Positions 11,356 to 22,407 are shown, counted from the stretch's first letter. The stretch: DNA of 64,000 nucleotides from Gammaproteobacteria bacterium (GCA_030148865.1 JASBSR010000006.1:66111-130110), one strand, 5' to 3'. Made by a program: numbers and translations. Notes: generated by a model not told the origin, from the letters alone.

Positions 11356-12225
11356 TCAGGTAATCTGGATGGCGGGTTTTTTGGACAACATCAGGCACAG
11401 GCTGGCGATTTTGTCGCGCAGGTCACGACGATCGACAATCATATCCAGGGCACCGTGTTCCAGCAGAAATTCGCTGCGTTGAAACCCTTCGGGCAGTTTT
11501 TCGCGCACAGTCTGTTCGATCACGCGTGGGCCGGCAAATCCGATCAGCGCCTTGGGCTCGCCGATATTAATATCACCCAGCATGGCAAAACTGGCCGAGA
11601 CTCCACCCATGGTCGGGTCGGTCATCACCGAAATATAGGGAATGCCTTTTTTCGCAAGTTTGGCCAGCACCGCGCTGGTCTTGGCCATTTGCATCAGTGA
11701 ATACAGACCTTCCTGCATACGGGCACCACCGGAAGCGGAAAAACATACCAGCGGAATATTGTGTTCGATCGCAGCGTTGGCCGCGCGAACAAATTTTTCC
11801 CCAACCACCGACCCCATAGAGCCACCCATGAAACGAAAATCGAAAGCCGCCGCGACCAGCTCAACGTTTTTGACTTTGCCACGCATCACAATCAAGGCAT
11901 CGCGTTCGCGCGTATTTTTTTGCGCGATAATCAAACGGTCTTTGTATTTTTTGGTATCTTTGAACTTGAGTTTATCGAATGGTACCAGCTCGTTGCCGAT
12001 TTCGACGCGGTCTTCGGTGTCGAGAAACATATCCAGACGACGGCGACCGACCGCACGCATGTGGTGATTACATTTGGGACAAACTTCGAGATTACGTTCC
12101 AGTTCGACCCGGTAGAGCACGGCGCTACAGGCATCGCATTTGCTCCATAAACCTTCCGGCACCTGGCCCTTGCTGGAGCCTTCGGTACGGATGCGTGACG
12201 GCATTAATTTTTCGAACCAGCTCAT
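11356..12225 (-). CDS. accD: Acetyl-CoA carboxylase carboxyltransferase beta subunit
   Basis: Zn finger CDAC...[35 protein letters not shown]. Confidence 0.98.
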   Translation of the reverse strand: MSWFEKLMPSRIRTEGSSKGQVPEGLWSKCDACSAVLYRVELERNLEVCPKCNHHMRAVGRRRLDMFLDTEDRVEIGNELVPFDKLKFKDTKKYKDRLIIAQKNTRERDALIVMRGKVKNVELVAAAFDFRFMGGSMGSVVGEKFVRAANAAIEHNIPLVCFSASGGARMQEGLYSLMQMAKTSAVLAKLAKKGIPYISVMTDPTMGGVSASFAMLGDINIGEPKALIGFAGPRVIEQTVREKLPEGFQRSEFLLEHGALDMIVDRRDLRDKIASLCLMLSKKPAIQIT

Positions 12226-12248
12226 GCTATCGCCCCTGCCCTGTCGGG

Positions 12249-13073
12249 CTAATTAGGTATTTTCGCACCGGCGGCAGCCATCGCTTGACGCATGGCTCCC
12301 AGCAAATCGGTGACTGTGGTGATAATTTTGTCGATATTTCCCGAATTTTGTGCCATTTGAGTAACTATAGCACTCCCAACGACAACTGCATCGGCACAGG
12401 TCGAAACCTTCGCCGCGGTGGCCGCATCTTTGATGCCGAAACCGATGCCCAGCGGAATTTTAATGTGTTTGCGGATGCACGTCACCCTTGCAGCCACCTC
12501 AGCCACGTTCAACGAAGCCGAGCCAGTCACGCCCTTGAGTGAAACATAATAGGCAAAGCCACTGGCGACTGCGGCAATTTTGGCCATTCGGGCCTCGGTG
12601 GTAGTCGGCGCCAGCAAAAATACCGGATCGATATCGTGCTCGCGTAGCGCGGCGATATAATCTTCTGCCTCTTCCGGCGGCATATCCACCGTGATAATGC
12701 CATCGATGCCAGCAGCAGCGGCGCCCTCGGCAAAGGCGGCATAGCCCATAACTTCGATCGGATTGAGATAACCCATCATAATGATCGGGGTTTCATTGTC
12801 GGTTTTGCGAAAATCCTCTACCACCCTGAACACATCGCGCAGGCTGGTGCCGAATGCCAGTGCGCGTTCCGCCGCCTGCTGGATCACCGGACCATCAGCC
12901 ATGGGATCGGAAAACGGTGCCCCGAGTTCAATAATATCGGCACCGGCCTGCACCATGGCGTGCATCAGCGGCAGGGTCACTTCGGGCTGCGGGTCGGCGG
13001 TCATAATGTAGGGAATCAGGGCCGTGCGCGAAGCCGCCTGCAGATCTTTAAAACGTTGCTCAAGTCGGCTCAC
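12249..13073 (-). CDS. trpA: Tryptophan synthase alpha chain
   Basis: [32 protein letters not shown]. Confidence 0.98.
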   Translation of the reverse strand: MSRLEQRFKDLQAASRTALIPYIMTADPQPEVTLPLMHAMVQAGADIIELGAPFSDPMADGPVIQQAAERALAFGTSLRDVFRVVEDFRKTDNETPIIMMGYLNPIEVMGYAAFAEGAAAAGIDGIITVDMPPEEAEDYIAALREHDIDPVFLLAPTTTEARMAKIAAVASGFAYYVSLKGVTGSASLNVAEVAARVTCIRKHIKIPLGIGFGIKDAATAAKVSTCADAVVVGSAIVTQMAQNSGNIDKIITTVTDLLGAMRQAMAAAGAKIPN

Positions 13074-14281
13074 AGCTGAATTCCTTCGATGCCGGCGATG
13101 GTGTTGATGTCTTTGTCTCCGCGACCGGAAAGATTAATGATAAGACGCTGCTCGGGCGGCAGGGTTGCCGCCAGTTTTACGCCGTAGGCCATGGCGTGGC
13201 TGGATTCCAGCGCCGGGATAATACCCTCGACCCGGGTTAGCTGATGAAACGCTGCCAGTGCCTCATTATCGGTGATCGCGACATAACTGGCGCGGCCAAT
13301 ATCTTTCAGCCAGGCGTGTTCGGGGCCGACGCCGGGGTAATCCAGCCCCGCCGACACCGAATGAGTCTCGATGATCTGACCGTCATCGCTTTCCATCAGA
13401 TAGGTACGATTGCCGTGCAGCACACCGGGCTTGCCGGCGCACAAGGGCGCGGCGTGCTGACCGGTGCCGATACCGTGACCGGCGGCTTCGACGCCGTAAA
13501 TCTTCACCGCCTCGTCTTCGAGGAAAGGATGGAACAGGCCGATGGCGTTCGAGCCGCCGCCGACACAGGCGACCAGGGCATCGGGCAACGCACCGGTTTG
13601 TTCCTGACACTGACGCCGGGCTTCGCGGCCGATCACCGCCTGAAAATCGCGCACCATCGCCGGATAGGGATGTGGCCCGGCGACCGTGCCGATGATATAA
13701 AACGTGCTGTCGACATTGGTCACCCAGTCACGCATAGCTTCGTTGAGTGCGTCTTTCAGGGTTTTCGAGCCCGAAGTCACCGGCACGACCCTGGCCCCCA
13801 GCAGTTTCATGCGATAGACATTCGGCGCCTGGCGCTGGATGTCTTCGGCGCCCATATAGACCACACATTCCATGCCGAAGCGCGCGGCCACCGTGGCCGA
13901 AGCGACGCCGTGCTGACCGGCGCCGGTTTCCGCGATAATGCGGCGCTTGCCCATGGCCCGCGCCAGCAGCGCCTGACCGATGGTGTTATTAATTTTGTGC
14001 GCGCCGGTGTGATTTAAATCCTCGCGCTTGAGAAAAATCTGCGCGCCGCCGACTTCACGCGACAGCCGTTCGGCGTGATACAGCGGGCTGGGACGACCCA
14101 CATACTGCGCCAGATCGCGATCAAACTCGGCCTGAAACTTAGCATCGTGTTTAAATTTGGCATAGGCATCGCGCAGCTCATCGAGCGCCTGCATCAGGGT
14201 CTCGGAGACAAAGCGTCCACCGTAGATGCCGAAGTGACCGGCAGCATCGGGCAGGGCGGCGTAATCGATTTTTTCACTCAT
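13070..14281 (-). CDS. trpB: Tryptophan synthase beta chain
   Basis: [47 protein letters not shown]. Confidence 0.98.
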   Translation of the reverse strand: MSEKIDYAALPDAAGHFGIYGGRFVSETLMQALDELRDAYAKFKHDAKFQAEFDRDLAQYVGRPSPLYHAERLSREVGGAQIFLKREDLNHTGAHKINNTIGQALLARAMGKRRIIAETGAGQHGVASATVAARFGMECVVYMGAEDIQRQAPNVYRMKLLGARVVPVTSGSKTLKDALNEAMRDWVTNVDSTFYIIGTVAGPHPYPAMVRDFQAVIGREARRQCQEQTGALPDALVACVGGGSNAIGLFHPFLEDEAVKIYGVEAAGHGIGTGQHAAPLCAGKPGVLHGNRTYLMESDDGQIIETHSVSAGLDYPGVGPEHAWLKDIGRASYVAITDNEALAAFHQLTRVEGIIPALESSHAMAYGVKLAATLPPEQRLIINLSGRGDKDINTIAGIEGIQL

Positions 14282-14900
14282 TAACTGATCTCACTGCCTG
14301 CATGAAAGCGGTTATTTTGGCCGCGTCTTTAATTCCGGGTTTGTTTTCGACGCCACTGCTGACATCCACCGCGTAGGGTTTTGTCGTGCGGATCGCAGCG
14401 GCGACGTTCTCAGCGCTCAGACCACCGGCCAGAATCAGCGGTTTTGGCAAGGTCGGGATCGAGTTCCAGTCGAAAGTCCTGCCGCTGCCACCGTCTTCGC
14501 CCGGGGCGTGGCTGTCGAGCAACAAACCGCGCGCCTGTTCGTACACCTTTGCCTGCTGGTTCAGTGCGTCCAGACTGTGTTGCACGCCCAGCGCCTTGAT
14601 ATAGGGCCGCGAAAACTGCGCACAGAACTCGGCGGACTCGCTGCCGTGAAACTGCAATAGATCAATCGGCATGGTATTGCACACCGCCTCAATCGTGTTG
14701 ACCTCAGCATCTTTAAATAGCGCCACCGTGGTGACAAATGCCGGTAGCCGGGCACAAATTTTCTCAGCCTGCGCAATCTCGATATGACGCGGACTGCGAT
14801 CATAAAACACCAGCCCAATCGCATCGCCACCGTGCTCAGCAGCGCAGAGTGCATCCTGGATGCGGGTAATACCGCAAATTTTAACACGGGTATGTGACAT
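14274..14900 (-). CDS. trpF: Phosphoribosylanthranilate isomerase
   Basis: [28 protein letters not shown]. Confidence 0.97.
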   Translation of the reverse strand: MSHTRVKICGITRIQDALCAAEHGGDAIGLVFYDRSPRHIEIAQAEKICARLPAFVTTVALFKDAEVNTIEAVCNTMPIDLLQFHGSESAEFCAQFSRPYIKALGVQHSLDALNQQAKVYEQARGLLLDSHAPGEDGGSGRTFDWNSIPTLPKPLILAGGLSAENVAAAIRTTKPYAVDVSSGVENKPGIKDAAKITAFMQAVRSVNE

Positions 14901-15014
14901 GTCTTCGTTATGAACGCTGTGGTTTTAATACCATTGTTTGTGTAAAGCTTAAAAAATCCTGAGCACGCAGTATATATGAGCTGTGCAGCGCCTGCCCATG
15001 CTTATCTGGCACGC

Positions 15015-15803
15015 CTAACTGAACTTCGGGTAATAGCCACTTTCGGGCAGACCATAGTGTTCAGGATATTCGACCTTCACCAGATACAGGCCATCGGCCG
15101 CCGCCGTCGGACCCGCCCGGGTGCGATCCTTGTTTGCCAGCAGCTCGGCCAGCCAGCCGACTGGCTGTTCGCCCCGACCTACCATCAGCAGGCTGCCGAC
15201 AATATTGCGCACCATATGATGTAAAAATGCATTGGCGCGGATATCGATATAAATATAATCTGCTTCACGGCTGAGTTTGATCGCATGCATAAAACGATGC
15301 GCGTGTGGTGCCTGACAGGCTGCCGAACGAAACGCAGAAAAATCATTCTCGCCAAGCAATGCCTGTGCTGATGTCTGCATGGCATCGAGATCGAGACGGT
15401 CATAAATCCAGCTCACGCGTTTTGCCAGCAAGGCGGCACGCGACGGGCGATTTAAAATCACATAGCGATAACTGCGCCGGGTCGCGCTAAAGCGCGCGCT
15501 GAATTCAGCATCGACTGCACGTGCCCAGTGCACACACACATCCCCGGGCAAAAGCGCATTCGCGCCCATCACCCAGGCTTTGAGTTTGCGCTGGGTATTG
15601 AGATCGAAATGCACCACCTGGCCTGTGGCATGCACACCAGTATCTGTGCGCCCGGCGCAGATCACCTGCACCGCGTGGTCGGCGATTTGCGACAACACCG
15701 GTTCGATGACTGCCTGCACGGTGCGGGTACCATGCGCCTGCATTTGCCAGCCATTAAAACGGCTGCCGTCGTATTCAACTCCGAGTGCAATGCGTTGTGT
15801 CAT
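15015..15803 (-). CDS. truA: tRNA pseudouridine(38-40) synthase
   Basis: ALGVEYDGS, AGRTDTGVHA, FLHHMVRNIVG. Start set at ATG 15803 because the longer ORF runs into a repeat. Confidence 0.96.
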   Translation of the reverse strand: MTQRIALGVEYDGSRFNGWQMQAHGTRTVQAVIEPVLSQIADHAVQVICAGRTDTGVHATGQVVHFDLNTQRKLKAWVMGANALLPGDVCVHWARAVDAEFSARFSATRRSYRYVILNRPSRAALLAKRVSWIYDRLDLDAMQTSAQALLGENDFSAFRSAACQAPHAHRFMHAIKLSREADYIYIDIRANAFLHHMVRNIVGSLLMVGRGEQPVGWLAELLANKDRTRAGPTAAADGLYLVKVEYPEHYGLPESGYYPKFS

Positions 15804-15853
15804 GTGATTCTTAATCTGTGGTCGTTTATGAAATAAGCCAGCACAAACAGCAC

Positions 15854-15926
15854 TGTCATCCTGAGTAACAGCGAATGATCTCATGCCTCGGTGGTACAAG
15901 ATCCTTCGCTATCGCTCAGGATAAGC
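15854..15926. repeat. REP-like inverted doublet (GTCATCCTGAG...GATCT type)
   Basis: TGTCATCCTGAGTAACAGCGAATGATCT (15854-15881) faces AGATCCTTCGCTATCGCTCAGGATAAGC (15899-15926); a related single copy lies at 46751-46780. Confidence 0.75.
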
Positions 15927-15945
15927 AACCCATAGTCTGACCCAC

Positions 15946-15985
15946 AAATAAAAACGGCACCAGCGATGCTGATGCCGTTTTTTAT
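15946..15985. terminator. Bidirectional-type intrinsic terminator downstream of fimV
   Basis: AAATAAAAACGGCACCAGC-GAT-GCTGATGCCGTTTTTTAT: GC-rich stem with an A tract on one side and a T tract on the other. Confidence 0.8.
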
Positions 15986-16002
15986 CTATATGAAACCGCT
16001 TA

Positions 16003-16286
16003 GCTGTAGTAGTCACCATCTGACCGTACAGATCGGATATCGGGTTCTGTTACCGGCTGATACTGGGGATCAACCAGTAAAAAATGCCGTAAACCACAGC
16101 GAGCGAAGGATGGTATACCGCGGTGACCCTGGATGTGTCTTCACCAAAAGCGTTCATCACCACGACAGGCTGGGGCGGTGTCATCCTGCCTCACACAAAA
16201 GGCCCGGCAACCTGCAGCAGGGTTTTTATAACCGTTATAATGTCGGTGTATATCATGATCTCGGATCAGGTGTGAACTACTACAGC
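16003..16286 (-). ncRNA. Candidate structured non-coding RNA (or MITE-like element), 284 nt, immediately after the fimV stop codon
   Basis: Ends pair (GCTGTAGTAGT / ACTACTACAGC, extending about 35 bp with bulges); several nested internal helices with G-U pairs on the minus strand; followed by a terminator. Confidence 0.5.
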
Positions 16287-19115
16287 CTAGCTATCGATGT
16301 CTGCGAGTATAGCTTCGGCTTCGGCCTTTTGTTCAGCATTGCCTTCAGCGACCACTTCTTCGAGTATGCTACGCGTACCTTCGTGGTCACCCATGTCGAG
16401 ATAAGCGCGTGCCAGATCCAGCTTGGTGCTGATTTCATCGACATCGCTGATATCAGAAAGATCGATTTCAGCATCGTCATCATCGCCAACCACAGAAACA
16501 GCACCAGCAGTCGCTTCAAGATCGTCACCATCGAGTTCAGCACTGACATCGATATCGAATTCCATATCATCATCTTCATCTTCGCTCGCATCATCACTCA
16601 CGTTATCACTGCCTTCAGTCTCGGCCTCAGCTTCTGCGCTTAAATCCAGATCGAAGTCCAGATCACTGTCGCCAGTACCGCTGTCCTCAGGCGCTGTAGC
16701 ATCGCTGGTAATGTCCAGCTCGGAGGCTTCGATATCCAGTGAAAACTCGTCATCGTCCTCAGTAGCCGGCACCGCGGCATCAGTTTCGCTAAGATCGAAT
16801 TCGAGTTCGTTTTCCGAGCTAACTTCGCTGTCAGTTTCAAGATCCAGCAGCGCGGTATCGTCTGAGGAGGTATCCGACAAATCAAGCACATTGTCATCAT
16901 CGAAACTAAAATCCAGATCAGCACTGGCATCTTCATCACCCAGGTCAATATCCATGGTCGGTTCAGCAGAGGGCACCAGATCATCCAGCGCCATATCCGC
17001 GACCGCACTCTCACCCTTGAACAGCTCATGATCGGGTATCAGTTCCTTGCCCATAACCACCAGTTTTTGCCAGCGCGTGCCGGTACCTTTGGTACGCGTA
17101 TGCATTTCACCAGCAAGTTCGGTGAAACCAGAGGTGTTCTTGCCCGCAAAATAAGTCTCCGCCAGTTTCATGCGGTAGGCGTCATTCTCGGGGTTTTCCT
17201 TAATCGCGCCCTGCAATAATTCTTCGGCCTGCTGATAAATCCCGTAGGCCAGATACACATCTGCCTCAGCCACGATGTCATCACGGGCTTCTTCTTCGGG
17301 CTCTGCTGCCTGAGTCACCACGGTATCTTCTGACGACGGCAAAATCATGGTGGTATCAGAGTCAAATTCTTCTGCCTCGGCTTCAGCCATTGATGCCTCG
17401 GCATCATCGTCGCCGACATCCTGATTGACCGCGTTATCGTCGAGCATGTCAGCAACACTGGCGAGTTCTTCATCAGTAAAACCGGAACCTGCTGCGTCTG
17501 TTGCACCGGACTGGCTGGTGCGGCGACGTTTCACAATCAGGTAGACCAGCGCCATCACCAGTAACAGCGCACCGCCAGCAACTGCCAGCACCAGCGGACT
17601 GTTGAGTATTTTAGCTACCAGGCCCTGCGGCTGATTTGGCTGCTCGCGCATACTATCGTCGATCCCGGGCTGGGGCTCAGCAGGTGTTTCAGCCATCGCT
17701 TCAGTAGCCGGCATTTGCTGGGGCTGGTTCACTGCATTGTGTTCATCGACAAAAACATTTTGCTCAGCACTCGCTCCCGGCTGGGCCTCTTCGGCAGGCA
17801 TCGTTTGCTGCTCAGCAGTTGCATTGATCTCACTCTCTGGCGCGATTTCCGCCTCTGCCTCGGATGGTGTCTGCGTTTCAGCAGAGCCAGTGGTCGCATC
17901 AGGATCAGTTGTGGCATTGTCTGACATGCCTGCCAGGGTCTGGTCTTCGATGCTGAGCAGGCGTTTCATCTTGCTCACCTGCTGCTCCAGGGTACTAACC
18001 TCACTCTGCAAAGATTCTTTTTCCAGGCGCTCCGATTCCAGACGCTCTTCGACCAGCGCCAGTTGTGCGCGTAGTGCGTCAGCCGACATGCTATCGAGGT
18101 TTTCAGCAGACCCCGTGCCGGCACCTTTGCCCGCACTCACGATCGACAAACGTGCAGCGCTGCTGGCGCTATCAGCCGTAGCGGTTTTGCCAGGCTTGGT
18201 ATTCGGGGTGGCGCTCGCGGGCTTACCGCTGCCTGTGACCTGCTGGTATTCACGCCACAAGGCATTTTGCTGGCGCACCATGGCAACAGCATCGTTTTGA
18301 GCAACACGGGCAATCTGGTCGCGCTCCGGCACCCTTAATATGTAGCCACGCTTGAGGCCATTGACATTACCGTCAATGAAAGACTCCGGATTCGTCCGCA
18401 ACAGTGCCAGCATCATTTGTTCGATAGAGACAGATTGATCAGGTCGTAGCGAGTTTGCGAGACTCCAGGCGGTATCACCCTGTTTGATTCGGTATTGACC
18501 CGGTTGCTGGGGCGCACTATTGCTCGGCGCTGCCATCGGTGTTGTCGTACTCGCAGCACGCGTTGTCGCAGGAGCTGTGCTGCTCGGTGTGTTGCTGCTG
18601 GTCGACATCGCTATGCCGGGGGGCGCTGGGGGGCGTGAACTGCTGGTATTCGAATTTACTGGTGCGGTTTCGGTTGCCGGGCGCGAGCCTGAAGCAGCAG
18701 GACGGGCGGCGCTTTGTTCATTAATATATACCGGTGGATCCAGCAAAATGGTGTATTCGCGCAAAAGGTGGCCTTTGGGCCAGTCGACTTCAATCAGGAA
18801 ATTCAGGAAGGGTTCGCGGATTGGCTTGCTGGTGGTAATGGTCAGATAGGGTACGTCATTTTTGAGTACATGGCCGAATTTGAGACTCTGTAATAAAAAC
18901 GGACGATCTAGCCCGGCGCGGCTGAATTCTTCGCGTGAAGCGAGTTTTACGATCAGGCTTTCAGCGTCTTCCGGCGCAGTAGACAGTAGTTTGATTTCGG
19001 CATCCAGGTCCTGATTCAGCGCTGATTTGACTTCTATGTCACCCAGCCCGAGAGTGTAGGCGTCCAGCGGCAACAAAGTCGCCGCCAACGCCAGGGCAAT
19101 TATCAATGTACGCAC
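16287..19115 (-). CDS. fimV: FimV/HubP family polar landmark protein
   Basis: LGLGDIEVKSALNQ N-terminus, LysM (YRIKQGDTAWSLA), coiled coil, TM segment, acidic region, AEADVYLAYG and TKLDLARAYLDMGD C-terminal domain; between asd and truA. Confidence 0.95.
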   Translation of the reverse strand: MRTLIIALALAATLLPLDAYTLGLGDIEVKSALNQDLDAEIKLLSTAPEDAESLIVKLASREEFSRAGLDRPFLLQSLKFGHVLKNDVPYLTITTSKPIREPFLNFLIEVDWPKGHLLREYTILLDPPVYINEQSAARPAASGSRPATETAPVNSNTSSSRPPAPPGIAMSTSSNTPSSTAPATTRAASTTTPMAAPSNSAPQQPGQYRIKQGDTAWSLANSLRPDQSVSIEQMMLALLRTNPESFIDGNVNGLKRGYILRVPERDQIARVAQNDAVAMVRQQNALWREYQQVTGSGKPASATPNTKPGKTATADSASSAARLSIVSAGKGAGTGSAENLDSMSADALRAQLALVEERLESERLEKESLQSEVSTLEQQVSKMKRLLSIEDQTLAGMSDNATTDPDATTGSAETQTPSEAEAEIAPESEINATAEQQTMPAEEAQPGASAEQNVFVDEHNAVNQPQQMPATEAMAETPAEPQPGIDDSMREQPNQPQGLVAKILNSPLVLAVAGGALLLVMALVYLIVKRRRTSQSGATDAAGSGFTDEELASVADMLDDNAVNQDVGDDDAEASMAEAEAEEFDSDTTMILPSSEDTVVTQAAEPEEEARDDIVAEADVYLAYGIYQQAEELLQGAIKENPENDAYRMKLAETYFAGKNTSGFTELAGEMHTRTKGTGTRWQKLVVMGKELIPDHELFKGESAVADMALDDLVPSAEPTMDIDLGDEDASADLDFSFDDDNVLDLSDTSSDDTALLDLETDSEVSSENELEFDLSETDAAVPATEDDDEFSLDIEASELDITSDATAPEDSGTGDSDLDFDLDLSAEAEAETEGSDNVSDDASEDEDDDMEFDIDVSAELDGDDLEATAGAVSVVGDDDDAEIDLSDISDVDEISTKLDLARAYLDMGDHEGTRSILEEVVAEGNAEQKAEAEAILADIDS

Positions 19116-19232
19116 GGAAATCCCCTTTTAATACTTGTATTTATAAGCACTTGCAGCCCTGTTGCCATATCATTCAGACACTCTTATTGTTATCTTCACA
19201 AGCTACTTGAAGAAGCTTTGTCTAAATATAGG

Positions 19233-20255
19233 TTATAAATACTGTTTTATCAAAATCTCAGCAATTTGTACGCTATTTAATGCAGCCCCTTTGCGGACAT
19301 TATCCGAGACCACCCACAGGTTCAGGCCGCGCGGATGCGAGATATCCTCGCGAATCCGGCTGACATAGACCGGGTCGTGGTTGGCACCTTCGCTGACCGC
19401 TGTGGCATAGCCACCATCTTTGTGATCATCAATGACTTTAACACCGGGGGCTTTTGCCAGCAGCGCGCGCGCCTGCTCGGCGCTGATTTTGTCACGAGTC
19501 TCGATGTGCACTGCTTCGGAATGGCCATAAAACACCGGCACCCGCACCGCAGTCGGGTTCACCTGTATACTCTCGTCTTCAAAAATTTTGCGTGTTTCCC
19601 AAACCATTTTCATTTCTTCCTTGGTGTAACCATTCTCCATAAAGACATCGATCTGGGGCAGCGCGTTAAACGCAATCTGCTTCGGATACACTTCGGGGGT
19701 AATCGGTTTGGCGTTGAGCAGATTGGCCGTCTGGGTGGCGAGCTCGGAGATCGCTTCCTTGCCGGTGCCAGAGACTGCCTGGTAGGTCGCGACATTAATA
19801 CGCTCGATACCGACAGCATCGTGGATCGGTTTTAACGCCACCAGCATCTGGATCGTCGAACAATTTGGGTTGGCGATAATGCCGCGCGTTGTATAATTGG
19901 CGATCGCGTGTGGATTCACTTCCGGCACCACCAGCGGAATATCTTTGTCATAACGAAACTGCGAGGTGTTATCGACCACGACACAGCCGGCAGCAGCCGC
20001 TTTCGGCGCTATCACTGCCGAAATACTGGCACCGGCCGAAAACAATCCAATCTGTACTTGGGAAAAATCAAACTCATCTGCATCTTCAACAGTGAGCCTC
20101 TTCTTGCCAAATTCCACTTTGGTGCCCGCCGAACGACTGCTCGCCAGCGCGTAGATTTTACCCACTGGAAACTTACGCTCGGCCAGAATCGACAGCATGG
20201 TTTCACCCACTGCGCCAGTAGCCCCGAGAACCGCAACGTCGTATGTCTTACTCAT
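19233..20255 (-). CDS. asd: Aspartate-semialdehyde dehydrogenase
   Basis: GATGAVG, IANPNCSTIQ, VRVPVFYGHSE, DNVRKGAALN. Confidence 0.97.
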   Translation of the reverse strand: MSKTYDVAVLGATGAVGETMLSILAERKFPVGKIYALASSRSAGTKVEFGKKRLTVEDADEFDFSQVQIGLFSAGASISAVIAPKAAAAGCVVVDNTSQFRYDKDIPLVVPEVNPHAIANYTTRGIIANPNCSTIQMLVALKPIHDAVGIERINVATYQAVSGTGKEAISELATQTANLLNAKPITPEVYPKQIAFNALPQIDVFMENGYTKEEMKMVWETRKIFEDESIQVNPTAVRVPVFYGHSEAVHIETRDKISAEQARALLAKAPGVKVIDDHKDGGYATAVSEGANHDPVYVSRIREDISHPRGLNLWVVSDNVRKGAALNSVQIAEILIKQYL

Positions 20256-20288
20256 AAAGGTTTATTCCACTAATAAATTTAAAATCAC

Positions 20289-20365
20289 TAGCCGCGAATG
20301 TCGCAAAAGATGCCAATATAAAAAACTGAATATTTTGTTTGCGAGTTTTGCGTTCTTCGTGGCTA
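20289..20365. repeat. Degenerate intergenic inverted-repeat cassette (leuB-asd)
   Basis: TAGCCGCGAATGTCGCAAAA ... TTTTGCGTTCTTCGTGGCTA. Confidence 0.65.
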
Positions 20366-20371
20366 TATTTA

Positions 20372-21442
20372 CTAAAGTTCGGTTAGTACTGCCTCGCCCA
20401 TCGCAACCGTACCGACCTGTTTGCAACCAGCTGCCATAATATCGGCTGTGCGCAAACCTTTGTCCAGCACGCGGCCAACTGCAGCGTCGATAGCATCGGC
20501 TTCAGCGGCATGATCCAGACTGTAACGCAGCAGCATCGCCACTGATAGTAAGGTCGCCAGTGGATTCGCGATGCCTTTGCCAGCAATATCCGGTGCTGAG
20601 CCATGAATCGGTTCGTACATGCCCTTGCTATTGGCATCCAGAGACGCCGACGGCAACATACCGATCGAACCGGTGAGCATAGCAGCGGCATCCGATAAAA
20701 TATCGCCGAACATGTTTTTAGTCACCATGACATCGAACTGTTTCGGCCATTTCACCAGCTGCATGGCGGCGTTATCGACATACATGTGGCTGAGCTCAAC
20801 TTCGGGATAATCTTTGCCCACAAACTCTACGCGCTCGCGCCATAACTCTGACACTTCTAGCACGTTGGCCTTATCCACGGAACACAGACGTTTGCCGCGC
20901 TTCATCGCAATATCAAACGCCACTCGCGAAATACGATCGACTTCAGACTCACGATATACCAACGTATTGAAACCTTCGCGCTCACCGTTTTCCAGAGTGC
21001 GGATGCCACGCGGTTCGCCAAAATAAATCCCGCCGGTGAGTTCGCGCACAATCATGATATCGAGACCGGCGACCACCTCGGCTTTTAATGATGAGGCCGC
21101 TGCCAGCTGCGGATACAAAATCGCCGGGCGCAGATTAGCGAACAGCTCCAGCTCAGAACGCAGCCCGAGTAGACCGCGCTCGGGGCGTAATTCGCGTGGC
21201 AGTTTTTCGTACTGAGGGCCACCGACAGCGCCGAGCAATATTGCATCTGAGTTTTTGACCAGCGCCAGAGTTTCATCGGGCAAAGGTTTGCCGGCAGCAT
21301 CATAGCCTGCACCGCCGACCGGAGCTTCGCTGAGTTCGATTTCAAGTCCGTTTGACTTGAGATGTTCGAGTAACTTAACGGCTTCGGCAATAATTTCGAT
21401 ACCAATGCCGTCACCGGGCAAAATTGCAATTTTTTTTGTCAT
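20372..21442 (-). CDS. leuB: 3-isopropylmalate dehydrogenase
   Basis: [45 protein letters not shown]. Confidence 0.98.
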   Translation of the reverse strand: MTKKIAILPGDGIGIEIIAEAVKLLEHLKSNGLEIELSEAPVGGAGYDAAGKPLPDETLALVKNSDAILLGAVGGPQYEKLPRELRPERGLLGLRSELELFANLRPAILYPQLAAASSLKAEVVAGLDIMIVRELTGGIYFGEPRGIRTLENGEREGFNTLVYRESEVDRISRVAFDIAMKRGKRLCSVDKANVLEVSELWRERVEFVGKDYPEVELSHMYVDNAAMQLVKWPKQFDVMVTKNMFGDILSDAAAMLTGSIGMLPSASLDANSKGMYEPIHGSAPDIAGKGIANPLATLLSVAMLLRYSLDHAAEADAIDAAVGRVLDKGLRTADIMAAGCKQVGTVAMGEAVLTEL

Positions 21443-21590
21443 CGTGTTTCGTCGTTTATCCAGTCATTCAGTATGCCGCGACCGCGCACCAGCACACATC
21501 GAGGCATTTCAGGGAAAATCAGGAGGCGGGAATTATACGCTATTTATAGCCAAAACATCGGTTTCAGCCCCGGCGTAACCGAGTCCAAGG

Positions 21591-22223
21591 CTAAAAGAAC
21601 CACGGCGTTTGCTGCTGACGCCGTTTTTCGTAGCCCCTGATTTCGTCCGCATGTTGCAGAGTCAAAGCAATGTCATCCAGACCATTGAGCAGACAATGCC
21701 TGCGGAACTCGTCAATTTCAAACTGACAGCTAATATCACCCGCCGTCACAGTCTGAGTTTCGAGATCAATAGCCATCTGCAGGCCCCTGTTTTCGCTCAC
21801 CGCCGCGAACAGTTGATCGACTTCATCCGCCGTCAACGCCACCGGTAACAATCCGTTTTTAAAACTGTTGTTAAAAAAAATATCGGCAAAACTGGGCGCA
21901 ATCACGGCACGAAAGCCGAAGTCAGTTAAGGCCCAGACTGCGTGTTCACGCGACGAACCACAACCAAAGTTTTCTCGCGCCAGCAAAATTGTAGCTTTAT
22001 CGTAGGGTTCACGATTCAACACAAACTCAAGATTGGGCCGACGTTTTGCATTATCGATGCCAGGACCACCCGCATCAAGATAACGCCAGTCATCAAAAGC
22101 ATTCGGGCCAAAGCCGCTGCGCTTGATCGATTTCAAAAACTGCTTGGGAATAATTGCATCGGTGTCGACATTGGGTCGATCCAGTGGTGCGACAATTCCC
22201 GTGTGCTGTGTAAATGCCTGCAT
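21591..22223 (-). CDS. leuD: 3-isopropylmalate dehydratase small subunit
   Basis: [32 protein letters not shown]. Confidence 0.98.
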   Translation of the reverse strand: MQAFTQHTGIVAPLDRPNVDTDAIIPKQFLKSIKRSGFGPNAFDDWRYLDAGGPGIDNAKRRPNLEFVLNREPYDKATILLARENFGCGSSREHAVWALTDFGFRAVIAPSFADIFFNNSFKNGLLPVALTADEVDQLFAAVSENRGLQMAIDLETQTVTAGDISCQFEIDEFRRHCLLNGLDDIALTLQHADEIRGYEKRRQQQTPWFF

Positions 22224-22263
22224 GTACTTACCTGTCTATTTGTCGGGCTAATTAAAAATTCTG

Positions 22264-22396
22264 TTGAGCGCAAAGGGCACGAAGTAAAACGGTCTGGGTG
22301 TTGTTATGTCTATAAAAATGATCACACATACAGATCTGGGTACCGACATATAAATAATACAAAATCATAAACCCATTTTGCGTTCTTTGCGGTCAA
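22264..22396. repeat. Degenerate intergenic inverted-repeat cassette (leuC-leuD)
   Basis: TTGAGCGCAAAGGGCACGAAG ... TTTTGCGTTCTTTGCGGTCAA around an AT-rich spacer. Confidence 0.6.
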
Positions 22397-22407
22397 TTAT
22401 CTTGTTG

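Noticed and set aside
15966-16643. 225-aa plus-strand ORF overlapping the fimV 3' end
   Set aside because: Antisense to fimV, starts inside a terminator stem, no recognisable motifs.
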